64,000 bases of DNA. It comes from Pristiophorus japonicus. Its lineage: Eukaryota. Both the position numbers and the translations under genes were made by a program. The notes under the pieces were generated by a model, which was not told the DNA's origin, did no database searches, and saw only the letters and a program-made list of their open reading frames with translations. Location: the NCBI RefSeq assembly GCF_044704955.1, contig NC_091977.1, positions 223,014,001 through 223,078,000 of the forward strand, written 5' to 3'. This document shows, in pieces, positions 49,565-62,692 of this stretch; position 1 is the first letter of the stretch; the number at the start of each line of letters is the position of its first letter.

Positions 49565-50177
49565 GGTGAATGGCATCATTTTAAACCCCACCCCCGGCCA
49601 CAACCAGTTTCAGCCAGGAAAGGATGATAGTGTGCTCAGTTGCAGATGGAAAACATGAAGGACACACTGGGCAGCAGAATCAGAAATTATTCCTGAAATT
49701 CCATTACCCGCCCGATAGTCAGTTCCACTGACTTTGATTAAATAACTATCAAGTTGAGCGCGTAATGGGCGGCTGATTCCAAACCGCACTGCCTGAGACC
49801 AATTTCTGTCGCTGATCGTTATTCCTGTTTGCAAAGTTATATATTCAATGGTTTCGCACAATGATTTGTAAGATCCTTTATAATAAGAAATTCACTGCTC
49901 TTCTTCGAATTATGGTGAGTAAAAACTGCAGTTTCATAAAGTCAGAGCCTTTAAGCAAAACGTTATGGATCGTCTCATTGAGGCTGAGGAAGTTGCCACA
50001 ATGTAATCTTTCAGAAACAAAATGAGGAGTAAATGCTGCAAGAAGCTCTGGCATTTTAAAGGCTTGACAGGCCGATGTGTTTATCCTTCTGGTCTTACTT
50101 TTTTTATCATTATATTCATTGTAGAAAGTTGTGCATCTAATGGCAGGGAGTAGAGTGAAAGTTCCAATTGTGTAATA

Positions 50178-50833
50178 CAGGTGCAACGCTCGAATCTGGA
50201 ATTCCAAAAACCGGAATTGTCCGAAAACCAGATATTTTGCACATAGTTGATGGAGTCATCTGCATTCTGGAATTATTGTTTGAAAACCGGACATTTTTGA
50301 CGTGGCCAAGACATCGGGCAGCGAGAGACGAAGAAACCAGTAAAAAAACACGGCACGGGAGGCCTTGGGCGGCGGAAATCTGCGAGCGCCGAGGAGCGAA
50401 GGGTCAGTGGGAATCGGTAAGTGGCAAGGAGCAGAGTACCTGTGTGAAGTGTCGAGCGGCGGAGGATCTGCGGGAATCGGTGGGCAACGAGGAGCGGAAG
50501 AGCGGCAGGAATCGTCAGGCAGCGAGGAGCGGAGAAGCAGCAGGAATCGGCAGGCGGTGAGGAGCGGCAGGAATCGGCAGGCGGTGAGGAGCGGCAGGAA
50601 TCAGCGGGCGGTGAGGAGGGGCAGGAATCGGTGGGGCGCGGAGGACCTGAGGGAATCGGCGGGCGGCGAGGTCTGAAATCCGGCAAAACCCGAAATCTGG
50701 CACGGATTTGGTCGAGGATTCCGGATTTCTGACATTGTATCAGACTATTGATTTTCTTATCTGAAATCCGGAAAAACCCCAAAATCGGCATGGAGTCGGT
50801 CCCGAGGATTCCGGATTTCTGACATTATATCTG
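50178..50833. mobile_element. Tc1/mariner (pogo/Tigger-type) non-autonomous element
   Basis: TA|caggtgcaacgctcgaatctggaa ... ttccggatttctgacattatatctg|TA; internal 27 bp tandem repeat at ~50490-50635; right end duplicated. Confidence 0.75.
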
Positions 50834-50868
50834 TATTCAAAACCACCCCTTTATTAGAATTTTCTTTA

Positions 50869-51085
50869 ATTTATTCATTCTCGGGATGTGGGTGTCGCTG
50901 GCAAGGCCAGCATTTATTGCCAATCCCTAATTGTCCTTGAGAAGGTGGTGATGAGCCGCCTTCTTGAACCGCTGCAGTCTGTGATGTGTAGGTACTCCCA
51001 CAGTGCTGGGAGGGAGGGCCAGGATTTTGACCCAGCGACTATGAAGAAACGGTGATATATTTCCAAGAGGATGGTGTGTGACTTG
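50869..51085 (-). mobile_element. LINE 3' end, family of 308-1160
   Basis: ttcattctcgggatgtgggtgtcgctggcaaggccagcatttattgcc. Confidence 0.8.
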
Positions 51086-53377
51086 TGATCACTGCTGGTA
51101 GTTTTTTAAAAATCAAAGATTTTTTCAAAAACCTAAACCTCCTCGGTTATTGTGTAATAAGTGATGGAAAATGAATGCTAACGGTTTTATAAATGACAAC
51201 AGCTTGTTTCGTAGCTGCACAAAGATCCCAAATTTGTGACATAGCTTGTGCCTAACAACGAGCAATTAACAATCCCTACTTTAAGTGTACTGTAGAGCAC
51301 ATGTTTACAGCAGGAATAAATTGTGAAACTGTTTGGCTCAGTGTAGTAAAGTCCACCCCTTAATAATTGGTTTCATCGGTGTTCACTCAGTGCACCACAC
51401 AATATGCTACATCTTATATAACTCACTGTAGCAAATGCAAAGCTGTGATAATCAGGCCACTGTATAGGACCTGCCAAAATAACCAGACTGTTCCTAATGG
51501 CAACCAGGCAGGAACATTGTTACAGTCCAGATGATTTTGGTCGTTGAGTTTCATGATTGTATCTTTGCATAGTTTCTAAATTCAATTATATTACAAATTG
51601 ATCACAAATTAAAAGGAAAAGCAATTGCATCAAAACTTTGACACAATTCACCCATTTGCAAAGAGACTCATTTTCTGAAACAGCTCCAGCACATAGAATT
51701 AAACACATCTGTTCGTACTGTCTTAAAGGAACAGTACTGCTCTGGGATTTTATATTGAAATGTCTTATGGAAAACAAAAAAGTCAGGGTAAAGAAAGAAA
51801 CCTGCCTAACATTTCCATTGCACGTAGCACATGCATCTTGAAACAGTCAAAGCAAGTTGGGTTAAACCATCCCAGCATAGCAAAAGGAGAGAAAAAGGTA
51901 TTTGTTTTTTTTTGTTGTTTACTCTGTCAGTTGAGGATGATTAGCGACAAAATTGTGTTTTTTTTTCTGGGTGAAGATTGGCACACATTGAAGGGTATAA
52001 AAGTATGTAAAAATACAGCACTAAATGCTGCCAAACCAAAACTGCAGCTGCAATACCAAAATGTTTATAAACTTGCCGATCCTTCTCAATATGCTTGGTC
52101 AGTTATATTATGGCTTTAGATTCATTTTGCTATGTGGATCCCATTAACTGGTCACTTGATCCCGGTGCGAGTTTTTCCTGAACACATTTGTTGCCGTTCC
52201 GAGCTATCCAAAAAAAGCCACAACTGAAAACTCTGTGGGTTTGTTACGATGTTGGCATCACCCCACCAATTTAGCAGTTTTCAAAATACTTTGGTTGTTC
52301 AAAAAAAAAGGGCCATTGGTGAGTTGCAAAGCAGAAGCTTCTGCTAGATTTCAGGCGCACAGAGCCGACAGCATAAACTCTCCCTTGTTTATTTGTCGAG
52401 TTTCGGTTTTGGAAGAATTCCTCGAGAAAACCAGCATTGAAGAATTTTTAAAAAAAATAATAAAAACAAGACTCAGGGAATTGTTTCAACTGGTTACCAA
52501 AAGCAAATACGTATATTACCACATGTATGCAAATTCATAACAAAAGGTTGTCTGTTTAAAAAAAAAACTCCCGGAATAATGACAAGGGGTGAGGTTAAAG
52601 TAAATATTAGCAACAGTTTGTTCAACTTCATTTTGTGTGAAAAGTTTTTTTTAAAAAGGGATAAGTTTACAGTTGGCTTCGCCTATATCATGATTACATG
52701 GCAATCTTAGCAATTCCATTTGGAATGTGGTCTCTATTTAACAATCTTTCATCTGAGCAATTTACAAAGGAAGTGTAATTACTGAGGAATAGCACTGGGA
52801 CAACAAGCAGGAAAGGAGCTGAATCCGGCTGTACTTGGACTGTAGCTGGTCACACTTGTGATGTTTGTTTGTAAACCAGGAGTCAAGAACTTGAAGTACT
52901 GATGATATAAACATGCTTTTTTTTTCCTTTTCTACCATTCTCAGTTCCTCTTTCTCTTATGGTCTGTTTAGTCCCTTCACACTTCATTTCTCTCACAGCC
53001 TCTTCCTTTCTCTTTCACTGAGACGGACTCTCCCCCCCCACCTCCAGTTAAGTCTGTCTCCCTTTGCTCCAAGTGATGAGCCCTAGATTTATTCTTATAT
53101 ATTATTAAATTATTAAATACTAATCTGGATCCTAATGTTTCATTTCCTAGCTTGGCATCCATTAGCCAAACATCTGATTGCAAAGCACCTTGATATTTTT
53201 ATGTTAAAACGCTATATAAATGCAAATTGTTGTTTGATTTGAGCACAAATGCAAGGCTGGTTGAATGGGACTAATATTGGGACAACGTGGTTCGATTCAG
53301 ACCATTGTGGATTAAGGATGTGGCTATTTCTGTGGCTTTGCCTATAAACAAGCAAAAGCATATCTCCTTCAGTCACT

Positions 53378-53670
53378 GATGCAGCAACTCACCAAGACTT
53401 CTTCGACAAGGGCAGTAGGGGCACGGGAACACCACCACCTCCAAGTTCCCCTCCAAGTCACACACATCACCCTGATTTGGAAATATATCACTGTTCCTTC
53501 ATTGTCACTAGGTCAAAATCCTGGAACTCCCTCGCATTGTGGGAGTACCATCACCACATGGACGGCAGCGGTTCAAAAAGGCGGCTCATCATCATCTTGT
53601 CAAGGGCAATCTGGGATGGGTAATAAATGCTGGCCTTGTCAGCGACGCCCACATCCCATGAATGAATAAA
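53378..53670 (+). mobile_element. LINE 3' end, family of 308-1160
   Basis: Ends cagcgacgcccacatcccatgaatgaataaa. Confidence 0.8.
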
Positions 53671-54034
53671 TGTTTTAAAATTATCTGGAAGCGAGTGGTC
53701 ATTGAATCAAAGATAATTTCCAGTTGCAACAGTTTTAAAGGCAGTTCACGGGTAAGTATCAAGACCTTGAAATTCCATGGGAGTTCTCCCCAGCTCTCAC
53801 AGTAATGTTGATAGGAGACTGTCAGAACTGAGGAGGAATGGAATAAACAGTTGAGGTCAGAACTGAGGAGGAATGGAATAAACAGCTGAAAACTGTTATT
53901 TACCCCCTTTCACTGGGGATTGAGCAAGTCTCCTGCTGACATCCTGATCTCCTGCAATGAGAAATGGGGAAAATTTCAGAGTTTCCAATTACTGTGCACT
54001 AATCACCAAACTCCAGGACTGACAATGCACATCA

Positions 54035-55150
54035 AGAACATAAGAACATAAGAATTAGGAGCAGGAGTAGGCCCTTTGAGTCTGCTCTGCCATTCAAAAA
54101 GATCATGGCTGATCTTCTACCTCAACTCCACCTTCCCATACTATCCCCATATCCCTTGAGTAACCGTTAGTATCCAAAAATATATCAATCTCTGTCTTGA
54201 ATATACTCAACAACTGAGCATCCACAGCCCTCTGGGGTAGACAATTCCAAGGATTCACAACCCTTTGAGTGAAGAAATTTCTCCTCATCCCAGTCCTAAA
54301 TGGCCGACCCTTTATTCTGACCCCTAGTTCTAGACTCCCTAGCCAGGGGAAATATCCTCCCAGCATCTACCATGTCCAGCCCCTTAAGAATTTTATATGT
54401 TTCAAGGAGATCACCACTCATCCTTCTAAATTCTAGGGAAAATAGGCCTAGTCTCCTCAATCTCTCCTCATAGGACTATCTCCCCATCCCAGGAATCAGT
54501 CTGGTGAATCTTCGTTGCACTCCTTCTAAGCCAAATATATCCTTCCTTAGGTAAGGAGACCAAGATTGTACACAGTACTTCAGATGTGGTTTCACCAAGG
54601 CCTATATAATTGCTGTAAGACTTCTTTATTCTGATACTCCAATCCTTTTGTAATAAAGGCCAACATACCAATTGCTTTCCTAATTGCTTGCTGTACCTGC
54701 ATGTTAACTTTCAGTGATTCGTGTACAAGGACACCAAGGTTCCTCTGAACACCAACACTTCACAATCTATCACCATTTAAAACATAGTTTGCTTTTATAT
54801 TTTTCCTACCAAAGTGGATAACTTCATATTTCTTCACATTATATTCCATTTGCCGTGTTCTTGCCCACTCACTTAACCTGTCTATATCCCCTTGAAGCCT
54901 CTTTGCATCCTCCTCAAAACGTACTTTCCCACCTAGCTTTGTATCATCAGCAAACTTGGATACATTACACTCAGTCCTCTCATCTATATCATTGATATAG
55001 ATTGTAAATAGCTGAGATCCAAGCACTGAGCCTTACGGTACCTCACTAGTTATAGTTTGCCGACCCAAAAATGACCTGTTTATTCCTACTCTCTGTTTTA
55101 TGTCTGTTAACCAATTCTCAATCCATGCTAGTATATTGCCCCCAATCCCA
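54035..55150 (-). mobile_element. CR1 RT/3' fragment
   Basis: (aagaacat)n tail; FADDTKLGG in ORF 54760-55026. Confidence 0.9.
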
Positions 55151-55249
55151 AGAGCAAGAGAACATGTTTGGAACAATCAACGTGTAGTCATGGTGATGAA
55201 ATTGGTGCACTGTTGATGAATGTTTATTCTCCTCCAGTCAAATGCTGAG

Positions 55250-56352
55250 AATAGCCAATTTTGCACACAGTAAGGTCCCACAAAGAGCAACGTGAGAATG
55301 ACCAGAACATCTGTTTTAGTGATAATAACAGAAAATGCTCAGCGAGTCAGGCAGCATCTGTGGCGAGAAATAGAGTGAACGTTTCAGGTCGATGACCATT
55401 CATCAGAACTGATAGAAACATAGAAACATAGAAAATAGGTGCAGGAGCAGGCCATTCAGCCCTTCTAGCCTGCACCGCCATTCAACGAGTTCATGGCTGA
55501 ACATGAAACTTCAGTACCCACTTCCTGCTTTCACGCCATACCCCTTGATCCCCCGAGTAGTAAGGACTTCATCTAACTCCCTTTTGAATATATTTAGTGA
55601 ATTGGCCTCAACTACTTCCCGTGGTAGAGAATTCCACAGGTTCACCACTCTCTGGGTGAAGAAGTTTCTCCTTATCTCGGTCCTAAATGGCTTACCCCTT
55701 ATCCTTAGACTGTGACCCCTGGTTCTGGACTTCCCCAACATTGGGAACATTCTTCCTGCATCCAACCTGTCCAAACCCGTCAGAATTTTAAACGTTTCTA
55801 TGAGGTCCCCTCTCACTCTTCTGAACTCCAGTGAATACAAGCCCAGTTGATTCAGTCTTTCTTGATAGGTCAGTCCCACCATCCCGGGAATCAGTCTGGT
55901 GAATCTTCGCTGCACTCCCTCAACAGCAAGTATGTCCTTCCTCAAGTTAGGAGACCAAAACTGTACACAATACTCCAGGTGTGGCCTGAAACGTTCACTC
56001 TGTTTCTCTCTCCACAGATGCTGCCTGACCCGCTGAGATTTCCAGCATTTTCTGATTTTACTTCAGATTACAGCATTCGCAGTATTTTGCTTTTGTATCT
56101 ATTTTAATTATGTTGGCTGAGGGATAAATATTAGCCAGAACACCGAGGAGAACAACCTTTCTCTTCAAAATAGTGCTGCAGGATCTTTTACGATGACCTG
56201 AGAGAGGAGACAGGGCCTCAGTTTAACATCTCATTCGAAAGACAGCACCTCCGACAGTGCAGCACTCCCTCAGCACTGCAGAGGAGCATCAGCCTGGGTT
56301 TTGTGCTCAAGTCTCTGAAGTGGGGCTTGAACCCACGACCTCTGACTCAGAG
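55250..56352 (-). mobile_element. DeuSINE split by a Penelope-like inverted pair (55326-55411, 55985-56095) that is itself split by a CR1 (55412-55987)
   Basis: SINE core 55250-55325 resumes at ~56105; PLE ends flank a young (atagaaac)n-tailed CR1. Confidence 0.8.
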
Positions 56353-57741
56353 GTGGCATAGGGTAATATATCCTGTGGCAAAATGAACTAGTTTAGAGAA
56401 ATGCGCATAAAGTGTACATTTAACTTCAGTTAAATGAAGGACCAATTAGGACAATGCAATATATTTTACAGCAGGGTTGGAAAACACTAAAACCATTTGC
56501 AATAGAACAAACCAGTTTCTCCCACAGTGTAAAGTATGCAGTGATCCCTGAAACAGCAGTCTACTGGTAGATGCTCCCAATAAAATGTAATTTGTACATG
56601 CTGAGCACCAAAGGTTACAGATTCCTGATTGCTTACTGTGTAATAAAGGTCTGGTAACTCTTTCTTTATTAGCTAAAGATGCACTGCCTTCAATAACAGG
56701 TGGGTGGGAAATCTGTTGACTATTTGGGGAGAGAGAAAAACCTTATGTATTTCCATCAAAATCCTCTCACAAGCAAGTGGCACAATGATACTTTCTGGTG
56801 CAATTTCTGTCCTCATATTTCACAGTAAGTTCCATGACCCCAGAGTCCCAGTAGAGAGCCTGTGTTTGCAGGATTGCAAGTCAGACATTCGGTTCTTCTG
56901 CGACTGCACACACTTGTAGGTCTCTCATTTTTATTAACAGTGACACCAAGATTAAGGAATGTCACAATCCCAAGTTATATTCCTCCTGCAGCAAGTTGTT
57001 ACATCATTTCTTTGGATCTAACTTTTAAACAGCATTTCATCTGTAATGAAAGCTCTCAATCAAGCCAGATTTACAAATGTAACAAAATTAGATATAATTT
57101 CAGAGAGTTTGCTTGCAATATTTTGATTTCAACTCAATGCATTCATCTACAGCTTTATATAAAAATAACAGACTTCGTAAAATGCCAATTAAATTCACTT
57201 TGAATATGTTTCTAAACAAACAACTGCACTTTTCTCATGACAAGAACATATTTTCATTGTTTACTGCTGCATTACTTCATCAGCCTTTGAACTATTTCTT
57301 CTTCCACATCACTTATTACGCTGACCAAAAATTACAGGATGCTAGATTTGAACCCTTGCATCGAAACTGAAGCAACATTGGTTCATGAAACAATTTATCA
57401 TGGAAATTAATATTGCATGCTCACCAGTGAAAACTCTGCACACAAAAGGAGTGATCTTAACTCTACACACTCAGTAGAAATCTGGCAGGTGGACAGTTAA
57501 AATGGCACTTACCTGTCTGAAAGCCGCCATGATTGTAACATCTGCAGGTTTAAAACTGCTCTCCTGAGCAGGCAGCCAGGACGCACATCCAGAGGAAACA
57601 GGGTCCTTTTTTACATATGCATGTTGTGGCTCGATGACATCATTGAGACCTGACTGTAATTTTAACTCAGGCCTGAACGAGGAATCCACGTGGGGTTAAA
57701 ATTGGGAAATTCAAAACAATTTACAGCTCTATACAAAAGGA

Positions 57742-57972
57742 AAGAACGAACGAACAGATTAATTAATTTAGACAGTGCCTTTCACGACCTCAGGATGTCC
57801 CAAAGTGCTTTCCAGCCAATGAAGTACTTTTGAAGTATAGTCACTGTTGTACTGTAGGAAGAGTACTGCACTGAAGTGTCATCCTAGATTTTTGTGTTCA
57901 AGTTTCTGCAGTGTTTTTTTTTAAACAGACAACCTTCTGACTCAGGCGATTTGCTACCACTGAGCCACAACT
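57742..57972 (-). mobile_element. DeuSINE with internal deletion
   Basis: gcctttcacgacctcaggatgtcccaaagtgc tail joined to head accttctgactcag...ccactgagccac. Confidence 0.75.
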
Positions 57973-58019
57973 ATCACCTTGGCACTAATCATTACTCTAG
58001 TGTTAATTCTGGCGTCTGC

Positions 58020-58568
58020 GCTCTCTCACCTGGTTCAGTGTCCCTATGAGATGTTCCCCATTGACTACAGCAAGGGAGGTGGAAGCTGCTATGGTTCAGT
58101 CAAGGGCTCGGGATCGTCGATCTCTAGGAGCTCAGGCCCGAGAGGGACCAGTTGCAGATTGCTGCAACTGGGTGGCTTCCACAGAAGTTTCGCGGATCGC
58201 AAAGCTGGTGGACATCCGCTGCCAGGGTGCCCCTTAAAGGGGGGGCCTTTAGCGTTCCAGGCTGCTATCTTTATTTGTCGGCCGACTCCTGGGTCGGCCC
58301 AACAATGGCGGCCCTCACGTTCATTGGGCCACTCCATTTTTGGTGCAGGGCTGCTGACCTGCTCCACGCAGCGCTGGACTCAGCACGATGCTACCGCCCC
58401 GGGACCGTCCCGTAAAGGAAGCGGAGCGCCGGAGACAGCGCTCTACTTCCTTTGAGAGGCGTACGGCCCAATTCCGAGTCAGGGGCGGGACATCCGGGCC
58501 GGGCATAGGAAGTCTCGACCCCAGAAGGTTGTCGCCCCCAATCAGGGCGAAGGGCAATTTCTAGCTCC
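58020..58568. mobile_element. GC-rich fragment of a probable non-autonomous DNA transposon (one end)
   Basis: CpG-rich block ending gggcaatttctagctcc, resembling Harbinger-type GGG..AAATT termini; partner end not found. Confidence 0.45.
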
Positions 58569-60451
58569 ATATAATTTGGAACACCTCTAGTAAATCTCCC
58601 CTTAATCCTCTCTGCTCAAAGGAGAACAATTTTAAAAGTCCTAAAATTTCTAAAGCAAAATATTTGTGGTCTTGTTTGAATTGTATTCTTAGTAGAGTGT
58701 CAGCAAGTCTTGCATTACTGAATTGATCTACACTTAGGAGGACATACAATACAATACAGTAGTCTAAAACCACATTGTAAAATAAATATTCTATTTATAA
58801 AAGCTTACAGTGCCTGGTATGATTATATATATCTCTACTGTCTAATTTACTAGACACTAGCATGGATGGGGAATTAGACTGTTGAGAGTGTGGGTGGGCT
58901 ACAGAAAGTTATAAACACACAATTGTTTTTATAATGATAGAATTATCAGAGCAGACTTCAATATAGATTTAATAAATTATCTGACTTTTGAAACTATGTG
59001 GTCCCTTGATCTCCACACACATACCCATTGCTGCCGAAGTTAATAAATGCAATTTGTATTTTCATTTCTTCTGCAGATTTATAACTGAATGTTCAATGAC
59101 TAGCTGAGTGGATTGTAAATATGAATATAATTAATTTTTACAGCACATTTATTAATTATTATATGACCAAAAACTACTCCTCATAGTTTAAAATTAATTC
59201 TCAAGCTGATGAAGATAGGATAATCATAAAATGAACCATCATGCTCATGTTATATAAGACTGTACATGTATCTGTCCCTCTGTCTTTAAATCAACCTTAG
59301 TGCCTCAACATCACAACTGTGATGCAGAACCCAGACCACTTGTGAGAGTGCCAGAGGAGATCCACCAGTGTACTTTTAAATGGAGTTGGCCGTCTTTGTT
59401 AATTCTTGGAAGAACAATGCGTATCACTTCTTGTGTGTGTGAAATGGTATCCATTACAAATAACCAAAATATTAAAAAAGGAATACATTACAATGAGTTT
59501 TATGAATTAAAATCTGGGTTTACAGTGTCATTTAAGGTTGATATAGATAGTGCTATAAACTCCCTTTCTTCCTAACCCTTTTGAATGAGTTATTTCTGTT
59601 TTGTTACCTCATCATCGAGTTTCATTTCCTGATCTGCTATGCATACACACAAAATTCAAATTCAATTGGTGCTGTTTCCAATTATGACATGAAACTGTGT
59701 TGCTCAGACTAACGATTAAGGAAAATCCATGCAACCAATCATGAATGACAGAACCTCCAAGCTACGTGTAACTCCACCAACATCTAACTAGTTAACCTCG
59801 ATGCCAGAACTAACTCTATACAAAGTTGGTGTCAATTATGACCATGCATTTAAAATCATGATAACAAAAAGTGGTCTGAAAAAAACACAGCAATATATGA
59901 ACCCAGTAATTTTATTCATGAGTCTCCAGGAGCCTGTCTAAAAATAGCAAATGTTTATTCATCAAATGGGAGGGTTAGTCATTCTAGTTATCACTAGAAA
60001 ACCTGAGGAGTTTGAACAACTGTCTTCAATTTGTATTCAGAAATATTATGAGCATTTTCTTTTTTTTTAAACTCTCTTATTTCCTTTAAGCAGTGCCCCA
60101 CCATCTGTGTTTATTTGGTCTGATGATTCACTCACAAGATGAGGAGCTCCTTCTGAGACTGGCATCAAAAGTACGTTATTCAGTTGTATGTTTGTTAGTC
60201 TAGCACTCAGTCTCTAGCCTGAAACAGATCACTAGATCTATGAATCACAGCCATTCTTCGATGAGTTGCATAGAATGGAACGAGAAAAGCAGATGTATAG
60301 CAAAAGACGCACATGCTGATTTAAATACTTTCTAGCATACTACGTATATACACAAATATCTATACATTTACATACAGTTAATTATGCAAACTCAAAAAAT
60401 AATTAATACTTGAGCAGTTCATAATATTGCCCAAATTCAGCTATATCAGAC

Positions 60452-60950
60452 AAATGGGTATGATCTGGTAGCCATTACAGAGACGTGGTTGCAAGGTGAC
60501 CAGGACTGGGAATTAAATAATCAGGGATATTTGACAATCCGGAAGGACAGACAGAAAAGAAAAGGAGGTGGGGTAGCTCTATTGATAAAGGAAGGGATCA
60601 CTGCAATAATGAGAAACGATATTGGCTCAAATGATCAGGATGTTGAAACAGTTTGGGTGGAGATAAGGAATAATAAGGGGAAAAAGTCACTGTTGGTCGG
60701 AGCATAAACCAGGAAATAGTGGGGGCTTGTAAAAAGGGAGCAGCAATAATCATAGGTGATTTAACCTCCATATTGATTGGACAAATAAAATTGGTCTGGG
60801 TAACCTTGAGGAGGAGTTCATAGAGTGCATAAGGGACAGGTTCCTTGAGCAGTATGTAACAGAACAAACCCAGGGGTCAGGCTATCTTAGATGTGGTCCT
60901 GTGTAATGAGACAGAGGGAGTACTGAGGGAATGATCAGCCATGATCTTAT
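60452..60950 (+). mobile_element. CR1 endonuclease fragment fused directly to a CR1 stop codon/3' UTR
   Basis: ITETWLQGDQDWEL..RKGGGVALLIK; 60920-60950 matches 13810-13840. Confidence 0.8.
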
Positions 60951-62218
60951 CTTAAAATTAAGCTGGTTCTTTTGGGCGCAAGGGCACTAATGGGCACTTT
61001 TCAAAAGCTTTTGAATATATATATATATTTTAATTTCCTAAGAAACTGAATACTGTACTATGCACCAATGTGACTAGTAAATGGTTCTGTGTAGTTTATT
61101 TTTACAGCTATTTTCAGTTATTTAAATCAGGATACCCAGGTGATGGACCAGACACTCTGATTAAAATTACTTATTTTTTATGATCAGCTGCATTAATCAA
61201 ACTACACCAAGTTACCACTCTGAATTTTTTAAACCAAAACCATTTTTTAAAAACATTGCATTCAGAATCGCTAACGGATTGTGGTGGCTCATGACAGATT
61301 TTACACTCAGCGCTGTGCAAGTGAGTTTGAACGGAAACTTAAGGGGAAAAAGCACTTCTCAAAACTTGTGCAATTCGCACCTGGATTGCCGATTGCACCC
61401 AAAGTGGAAACTCCTGGCCTGTGTTTACTGTTTAAGTTAGCTATCACATATAATGGACCAGTCATTTGGGCTTTGCGGACCAGGAAATATGTTTTTTTTG
61501 CCGGGGGGGGGGGCAGGTAATTGTTTATAATTTTGTATTTATTGGGCAAAAGAACAATTCTAATTTTAATTACACACTAGCAAATCTCCTGTGGCAAAGG
61601 ATTTGCTGTTTTATAATAATTGTGGTGTAGGCCATGTAATGCATAATGTATCACTATCCGGGCCATTGATGTACGCTGACTGAATAAGTGAAATACTGTT
61701 CTGTTAAATAAACAAACAAGTGGCACACGAATGAGGTGTGACACTTACACATCCCATACACAAGACTTAATATATTGCTAGCAGATCTCCCATGGTACTG
61801 CTCACAGTGAGCCAGAAGTTACACTGAAGTGTGACAGCTGAAGGGTATATGGCTAAAATATGACAGTAAGTTGACACTATACACAAAACATTTAATGTAT
61901 TCTAGTTTTCAATTGGTATCAGTAAATTTATTGTCTAACTTTAATATGTGATTAGATTATATTGTTTTCAAAAGAAGCTAAATTAACTTGAATGTTAGAT
62001 TTATTATATACCGATGGTGGGGCTTGTTTTGCAGTAACTTTGCTTACAAACATTATGACAACAGGCAATCTAGCAGCTACAACTTTAGTTCATTTTCTGA
62101 TCTGGGAGACCTGAGATCAAATAATTATCTCCACTGACATTCACACTTAGACCATTCCCAGAGAGTGAATCTTGCCAGCTTTCCCATATTACAACAGTGA
62201 CTACACTCCAAAAGTACT

Positions 62219-62691
62219 TCATAGAAACATATAAAATTCTTACGGGATTGGCAGGTTAGATGCAGGAAGAATGTTCCCGTTGCTGGGGAGTTCCAGAACC
62301 AGGGGTCACAGTCTAAGGATAAGGGTTAGGCCATTTAGGACTGAGATGAGGAGAAACTTCTTCACTCAGAGAATTGTGAACCTGTGGAATTCTCTACCAC
62401 AGAAAGTTGTTGAGTCCAGTTCATTAGATATATTCAAAAGGGAGTTAGGTATGGCCCTTATGGCTAAAGGGATCAAGAGGTATGGAGAGAAAGCAGGAAA
62501 GAGGTAGTGAGGTTGAATGACCAGCCATGATCTTATTGAATGGTGGTGCAGACTCGAAGGGCCGAATGGCCTACTCCAGCACCTAATTTCTATCTTTCTA
62601 TGTTTTCTATGTTTCTATTGAATGGTGGTGCAGGTGCGAAGGGCCGAATGGCCTACTCCTGCACCTATTTTCTATGTTTCTATGTTTCTAT
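62219..62691 (+). mobile_element. CR1 3' fragment with tandemly duplicated terminus, preceded by a DeuSINE piece (62178-62220)
   Basis: tattgaatggtggtgcag...(tttctatg)n occurs at 62534 and again at 62616. Confidence 0.88.
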
Positions 62692-62692
62692 G

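Noticed and set aside
53821-53886. 36 bp tandem duplication
   Set aside because: Ordinary local slippage with no further structure.
57979-58455. 158-aa ORF with a signal-peptide-like start
   Set aside because: TTG start within GC-rich repeat-like DNA and no recognisable domain.
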